From Polyangiaceae bacterium (GTDB taxonomy: Bacteria > Myxococcota_A > Polyangia > Polyangiales > Polyangiaceae): DNA of 64,000 nucleotides. Below are positions 59,132-64,000 of this stretch, one piece after another; positions within the stretch are counted from its first letter, which is position 1, and each line of letters begins with the position of its first letter. Location of the stretch: positions 1,216,001 to 1,280,000 of the forward strand of contig CBDCTZ010000015.1 of the NCBI GenBank assembly GCA_965222375.1, read 5' to 3'. The notes under the pieces are model-generated. The model made no database searches and was not told where the DNA came from. It saw only the letters and a program-made list of their open reading frames with translations. The translations under genes were made by a program, and so were the position numbers.

Positions 59132-59788
59132 GTGGACCCCAGGCGCAGTTCGAGCAGTTCACTGAGCCCAAGGCTATCGAAGGCCGTGCTGACGCTGGTC
59201 GCGGCGTCGGCGGTCGCGAGCCTCGCGGGAGTCGCCTTCTCACCGTACCTACTGGTCGAACATCCGCTCCTGCTCGTCGGTCTCGCCCCCGAGGGGCGCC
59301 ATCTGGTGCTTGCCGCCGGGCGCGTCGACTTGTGGATGCTCTTGCTGGTCGCCACTCTTCGCCGTGTCGTGAGCCTCATGGCCAGCTACGGCCTGGGCAT
59401 GGTCTGGGGTCAGTCCATGCTGCGCTGGGTTGAACGGCGCAGCCCGAGGCTTCTGAGACTCGTGCAGTGGCTCGAGCGATTGTACCTTCGCTTCGGCGCA
59501 CCAACACTCGTCGTGCTGCCGATCCACACTCTTACGGCTCTCGCTGGGATCGCGAGGACGCGTTGGTGGGCAGTCGCCTTGGGCGTGTTGGTAGGCCAGG
59601 CAGCACTGGTTGGGGGCACGCTCCTTTTCGGTGAGTCCATCTCCGATTGGACTGCGCCCATTCTGGGCTTCCTGTCCGATCACGTGGTCGAGAGCACTGC
59701 CGTCTGCGTTGCCCTCGTGGTGTTGCACCAACTCTGGTCGCGTCGCCGCTCTGGAGCGTCCGAACCGAGCGTCACGGCGCCGGGCTAG
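59132..59788 (+). CDS. DedA/VTT-like membrane protein
   Basis: Hydrophobic; Y.LG..WG...L.W, R.G...LVV.P....ALAG. Confidence 0.65.
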   Translation: MDPRRSSSSSLSPRLSKAVLTLVAASAVASLAGVAFSPYLLVEHPLLLVGLAPEGRHLVLAAGRVDLWMLLLVATLRRVVSLMASYGLGMVWGQSMLRWVERRSPRLLRLVQWLERLYLRFGAPTLVVLPIHTLTALAGIARTRWWAVALGVLVGQAALVGGTLLFGESISDWTAPILGFLSDHVVESTAVCVALVVLHQLWSRRRSGASEPSVTAPG

Positions 59789-60038
59789 TCGGCCCCTTCG
59801 GAAGTGGCGCCTTTGGGGTCGGCGGGACCGCCGGCACCACGACGGGCGGCGGTGCAACGGCGACTGGACCTTCGACCACGACCTCGCCGGGACCCCTTGC
59901 CACGAGAATCAACCCGGCTCCCATCGTCGCAAGGGAAATTGGCAATCCCACGATCCCGCCCAAGGCGAGCATGATCGCGATCGCCACACCGATACCGATT
60001 CCCGCTTCCACAACACCGGCGTACCACAGAAACAGAGC
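59772..60038 (-). pseudogene. possible 3' remnant of a membrane protein
   Basis: ALFLWYAGVVEAGIGIGVAIAIMLALGGIVGLP...Pro-rich tail, preceded by an in-frame stop. Confidence 0.35.
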
Positions 60039-60196
60039 TCAGTCGGTGGTTTGGATTTCAATTGACCTGTTGCCCCTGGCACCGAGCGCTAGAGCGCATG
60101 CCAGATGCTGACCCGGCAGCTCCTGACCCTGGGCCTTCAGCCCGGCAAGATCACCGATGAACCGGTAAAGCTCGATGGCGCCCGCATCTGGGCCAG

Positions 60197-60754
60197 ATGA
60201 CGCCGGTCGCCTATGTGCTGCTGGCCATACTCTTCGAGACGCTGAGCCTCGCGCTGTTCGTGGGCGTTCTGAAGATCCTGCAGCTCACGCGGTTGGTAAG
60301 GGAGCAGCGGCAATTTCGAAAGCACGCTGACGAGGCGGCGAGCTCGGGCACACTGCAAACCATCCCAAAGAACCGAAACGAGCCGGGCGCTCGGGTGCTG
60401 CGGAGTTTGATCGAGCGAATCGAGCGCGGCCCGGTAGGAACAGAAGAGCTGCGCGGTGTCGCTCAGCAAGCCATCGTCGACGAAGAACGCCGTGCGAACT
60501 ACTTGGTTTCGATTCTGACCGCCGTGGCAGCCACGGGTCCACTGCTCGGCTTGCTCGGAACGGTTTGGGGAATCACCGAATCCTTCATGGCAATCGATCA
60601 GGTCAAGAGCTCTGCGATTGGAGTCATCGCGCCTTCCATGGCGGGTGCGCTATTAACGACCGCCCTGGGGCTGACCGCGGCGATCCCGGCGTTGATCGCC
60701 GTGCAATACGCGGATCGAGTTGCCTCGGTGGCCCAGCCGAACGCGCAACCGTAG
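60197..60754 (+). pseudogene. MotA/TolQ/ExbB family protein, 3'-truncated
   Basis: L..VA..GPLLGLLGTVWGI..SF, IAP.MA.AL.TTALGL.AAIPA; C-terminus replaced; no exbD/tolR follows. Confidence 0.75.
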
Positions 60755-61516
60755 TAGGGACACGAGTTCGAGCCGTTCGGTTTGGTGCAGGGTCGGCCCC
60801 GATTGGGAATCACGTCGGGACAACCAAAGACAGGCCCCGCGCACTCCCACTGCTCCTGCCCGGGCGAACAGGCGGAGCAGGTGCAGTGGCACAAGTTCTT
60901 CGGGTCCGGCTGGGAGCGGACCGTACCGCTGGGTACGCCGGCGTCTATACCGGTACATGATTTCCCAATCACCGGAATGACAGATAGGTTCTTGCACGGC
61001 ACGACAGGCGGGCATGTCGGTGTCTTCGTGGTCCAGCCGCTGTCCCCACAAGTGTAGCTCGCTCGACAATCGGCATTTGGATGCGCGCCGTAGGTGCAGA
61101 CCAACCCCTTGTCGCAAGCAGAGGCGAGGGGGGGCGGACTGCTCGGGCACTTGGTCACAACACCGGCGTCGTCGCCCGCGTCGGTGCCACCACCATCGTC
61201 GCTCGCGTCGGTGCCACCACCATCGGAACCTCCGCCAGCGTCTGCCCCGGCTGTGCCAGCATTGGCACCGCCAGTCGCCGCAACGCCACCCGAACCTCCG
61301 GTAGTGACGCCGCCCGCACCTCCTGTAGGCGCAGCACCCACCCCACCCGTGTTCCCGCCACCTGTAGCGCCGGTGCCCCCAGAACCACCACTGACCGATG
61401 CGTCACCGGCTACCCCAGCGCCACCGCCAGCCCCAGGGTTTCGCGGAAAACTCACTTCCCCCGCAGCCCACAAGCAACCAGGCGACGGCAAGAAAGGAGC
61501 AGGCACGAATAGTCAT
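60598..61516 (-). pseudogene. frameshifted Cys-rich lipoprotein
   Basis: Signal/lipobox MTIRACSFLAVAWLLVGC in one frame; Gly linker and CP...P...C....C.YG repeats in another (shift near 61439-61441); 3' end runs into the antisense strand of the tolQ-like gene. Confidence 0.7.
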
Positions 61517-61654
61517 GCGCTCAGTGTTACGCGCTTGAGTCCAAATTGCCTCCCCGCCAAGCGAGAAAGGCAGCGACCGAGAGCTCATTCGACGCACTGC
61601 GCACCGTTGACTACATTCGACTCCGCTGCGACTAGTGCCCCATACTGCCGGAGC

Positions 61655-63058
61655 GTGCAGGAGCGGCCCGACGTCAGCATCGAGATCAGCGCCAAGGTCG
61701 ATCTCCTAAACGGACCCGTGGGGCCGATTTTGATCCGCCTTGCGATCCCGATGGCTTTCGGGATCGCGGCGATCATGTTGTTCCAGATCGTCGACACGTT
61801 TTGGGTCGGTCAGCTCGGGGCCCGCGAACTGGCCGCCATGAGCTTCACCTTCCCGGTGACCTTCTTCGTGATGAGCGTCACGATGGGCATTGGGATCGGT
61901 GCCACATCAGCGATTGCCCGCGCCTTGGGCGAGGGTGACAAACGCGGGGTTCGGCGCCTGACCACTGACAGCCTGGCCCTCGCCAACATCATCGTGATCA
62001 TCGTGGCGGTGGCAGGGTTGCTCAGCATCAAGCCCGTGTTCCGCATGATGGGGGCAACGGACGACCTGCTGCCGCTGATCAGCGACTACATGTTGCCCTG
62101 GTATTGGGGGGTGGGTCTGCTGGTGATACCCATGGTGGGCAATAGCGCGATTCGTGCAACCGGAGACACCAAGACTCCCAGCCTGATCATGATCATCGCT
62201 GGCGGCGTCAACTTGGTGTTGGACCCGTTGCTGATCTTCGGAGTCGGGCCGTTTCCGCGCCTCGAGTTGAAAGGCGCCGCCTTGGCGACGGTGCTGTCTT
62301 GGGTCGTGACCTTCGTGGCGGCGCTCTGGCTGCTGGCTCGGCGCGAGCGCATGCTGAGTCCGCGCTGGCCGGGGGTCGCGGCGGTGCTCAATTCCTGGAA
62401 GCAAGTCCTCTACATCGGACTGCCCGCGGCAGCGACGAATGTGCTGGTGCCTCTCTCCACGGGAGTGCTCACGCGTTTCGTCGCCGAACATGGCAACGAT
62501 TCTGTTGCCGCCTTCGGGGTCGGCAACCGCATCGAGTCCCTGGCCATGATCGGGATTTTCGCCCTGGGCACCGCCATCACGCCCTTCGTCGGCCAGAACT
62601 TCGGTGCAGGCAAAGGCGCGCGTGTGCGTGCAGGGCTGAGCTTCGGCGTGAAAGCGTGCCTGCTTTGGGGAGTCGCGGTCGCCGTGCTCCTGGCCGCCGC
62701 TGCCTCACCCCTGGCTCGCGCCTTCAATGACGACCCCGAGGTCGTGCGGGTCGCCCGGCAGTACCTCTACATCTTGCCAGTGAGCTACGGACTGCTCGGA
62801 ATTTCCATACTGGTGAACTCCACCTTCAACGCCCTGAAGCGCCCCATGCACTCGGCCTTCATCATCGTCCTGCGCCTGTTCGTGTTCGCAGTTCCGTTTG
62901 CGTACCTCGGCACGTCCACCTTCGGCATGACGGGACTGCTCGGAGGCATGACCCTCGCCAACCTGCTGATCGGCTGCGTGGCCCTAGTCATGGCCCGCCG
63001 GATGGCCCTGACGATGGATTCGGAGCTCAGCCTGGAGACAGCCGCACCCGTGCGCTGA
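61655..63058 (+). CDS. MATE family efflux transporter
   Basis: DLL.GP....L..LAIP, VDTFWVG.LG..ELAA, RATGDTKTP, N..LDPLLIFG, GQNFGAG. Confidence 0.93.
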   Translation: MQERPDVSIEISAKVDLLNGPVGPILIRLAIPMAFGIAAIMLFQIVDTFWVGQLGARELAAMSFTFPVTFFVMSVTMGIGIGATSAIARALGEGDKRGVRRLTTDSLALANIIVIIVAVAGLLSIKPVFRMMGATDDLLPLISDYMLPWYWGVGLLVIPMVGNSAIRATGDTKTPSLIMIIAGGVNLVLDPLLIFGVGPFPRLELKGAALATVLSWVVTFVAALWLLARRERMLSPRWPGVAAVLNSWKQVLYIGLPAAATNVLVPLSTGVLTRFVAEHGNDSVAAFGVGNRIESLAMIGIFALGTAITPFVGQNFGAGKGARVRAGLSFGVKACLLWGVAVAVLLAAAASPLARAFNDDPEVVRVARQYLYILPVSYGLLGISILVNSTFNALKRPMHSAFIIVLRLFVFAVPFAYLGTSTFGMTGLLGGMTLANLLIGCVALVMARRMALTMDSELSLETAAPVR

Positions 63059-63069
63059 GCGTCGAGCTT

Positions 63070-64000
63070 TCACGACCAGACTTTGCTCAGGAAGTTCTGA
63101 ACTTCCTCGACGCCGCCTTGGAACACCAGGTAGCCGTCCGGCGGCTCGCGATCCGTCATGTCGTCGGACATGGGGGTCGTCATGGTGACACGCACCTGGT
63201 CGGGGTCGTCGGGGAAGGCGCCCAAGGCCCAACCCAACTTGATGTAGGCCACCTCGGGCAGCATGTTGGCGAGGGGCACGACGCCGAGTTGCTGAATTTC
63301 GCGACCGGTGTCGTAGACGTTCATCTGCACGAAACCCCACAGCGTCTGCAGGGTCATGTACAAGTGCACACCGGCGCGGTGAGCACGCTCCAACGCCGGG
63401 TACACCTTGCGGTTCACGTGGCCGAGGCCCGTACCGGCAATCACGATTCCCCGGTAGCCCGCTTGCACCAGAGCGTCGATCACGTCCGGCTTCATGTTCG
63501 GGTAGTAGTAGAGAATCGTGACCCGATCGTCGAAGCAGGCTCGCACTTCGACATCGCGATCCGAACGGCGCTTGCAGAACTCGCGCTTGAGGGGCTTCAG
63601 CTCTCCTTTTTGCACGATGGCCAGAGGGATGTCCGAGAGGGTGCGGAAGGTGCTGCGGTAGGAGCTGTGCATCTTGCGCACTCGCGTGCCGCGGTGCAGC
63701 AGGTTGTAGCGATCCGAGGTGGGGCCGAACATGCACACCATGACCTCGGCGATGGGGCCGTGGGCAGCCGCCCAAGTGGAGCGAATCAGATTCAGAGCGG
63801 CGTCCGAAGAAGGGCGATCGCTGGAGCGCTGGCTACCGACCATGACGATGGGAATGGGTGGGTTTTGCACCATGTAGGTCAGGGCGGCAGCGGTGTGGTG
63901 CATCGTGTCCGTACCGTGGCCAACGACCACGCCGTCGTAACCATCACGAATGGCTTGCCCGATGCGCTCCGCAAGCACCAAGTATTGCTCGGCACCCATG
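63070..64000 (-). CDS. gatD: Glu-tRNA(Gln) amidotransferase subunit D (archaeal-type), 5' end outside window
   Basis: Asparaginase-like HGTDTM plus GatD-type GSQRSSDRPSSDA..NL, HRGTRVRKMH, GTGLGHV, MNVY.TGR, MLPEVAYIKL.W.LG. Confidence 0.82.
   Translation of the reverse strand, partial: MGAEQYLVLAERIGQAIRDGYDGVVVGHGTDTMHHTAAALTYMVQNPPIPIVMVGSQRSSDRPSSDAALNLIRSTWAAAHGPIAEVMVCMFGPTSDRYNLLHRGTRVRKMHSSYRSTFRTLSDIPLAIVQKGELKPLKREFCKRRSDRDVEVRACFDDRVTILYYYPNMKPDVIDALVQAGYRGIVIAGTGLGHVNRKVYPALERAHRAGVHLYMTLQTLWGFVQMNVYDTGREIQQLGVVPLANMLPEVAYIKLGWALGAFPDDPDQVRVTMTTPMSDDMTDREPPDGYLVFQGGVEEVQNFLSKVWS

Noticed and set aside
61094..61654. Pro-rich N-terminal extension of the MATE ORF
   Set aside because: Antisense shadow of the Gly-rich linker of the minus-strand lipoprotein; MATE similarity starts near 61655
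1..64000. Numerous Arg/Ala/Pro-rich alternative-frame ORFs in the track
   Set aside because: Expected shadow ORFs in high-GC DNA overlapping better-supported genes

Overview
GC-rich bacterial DNA that looks like Myxococcota (Polyangia-like). This is inferred from about 20 lipoproteins with Gly/Ala/Thr-rich linkers and Cys-rich repeats, an ECF sigma/anti-sigma cluster, a Ser/Thr kinase and a STAND-type ATPase. The window is mostly accessory and full of rearrangement scars: a 12.1-kb island between two copies of a 136-bp perfect repeat (with IS21 and IS256 relics), a 1.6-kb segment between 80-bp repeats, a small family of inverted-repeat elements, and several fused or truncated gene fragments. 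Core-type genes include fpr, cysS, an Sfp-type PPTase, MATE and OPT transporters. The most notable findings are: (1) an archaeal-type GatD at the right edge; (2) a COG2403 (cDPGS-like / arginine synthetase-like) gene divergent from an OPT peptide transporter; (3) a translationally coupled pair of paralogous unknown proteins with GNAT-like motifs beside a lipoprotein adenosine deaminase; (4) an exported caspase-family lipoprotein with Tudor/Agenet-like domains; (5) a lone BchE-like B12 radical SAM gene; (6) a kinase with a duplicated 2TM+HTH N-terminal module coupled to a STAND ATPase. No rRNA, tRNA or CRISPR array was recognised. All family calls come from motif recognition by eye; no database searches were run.
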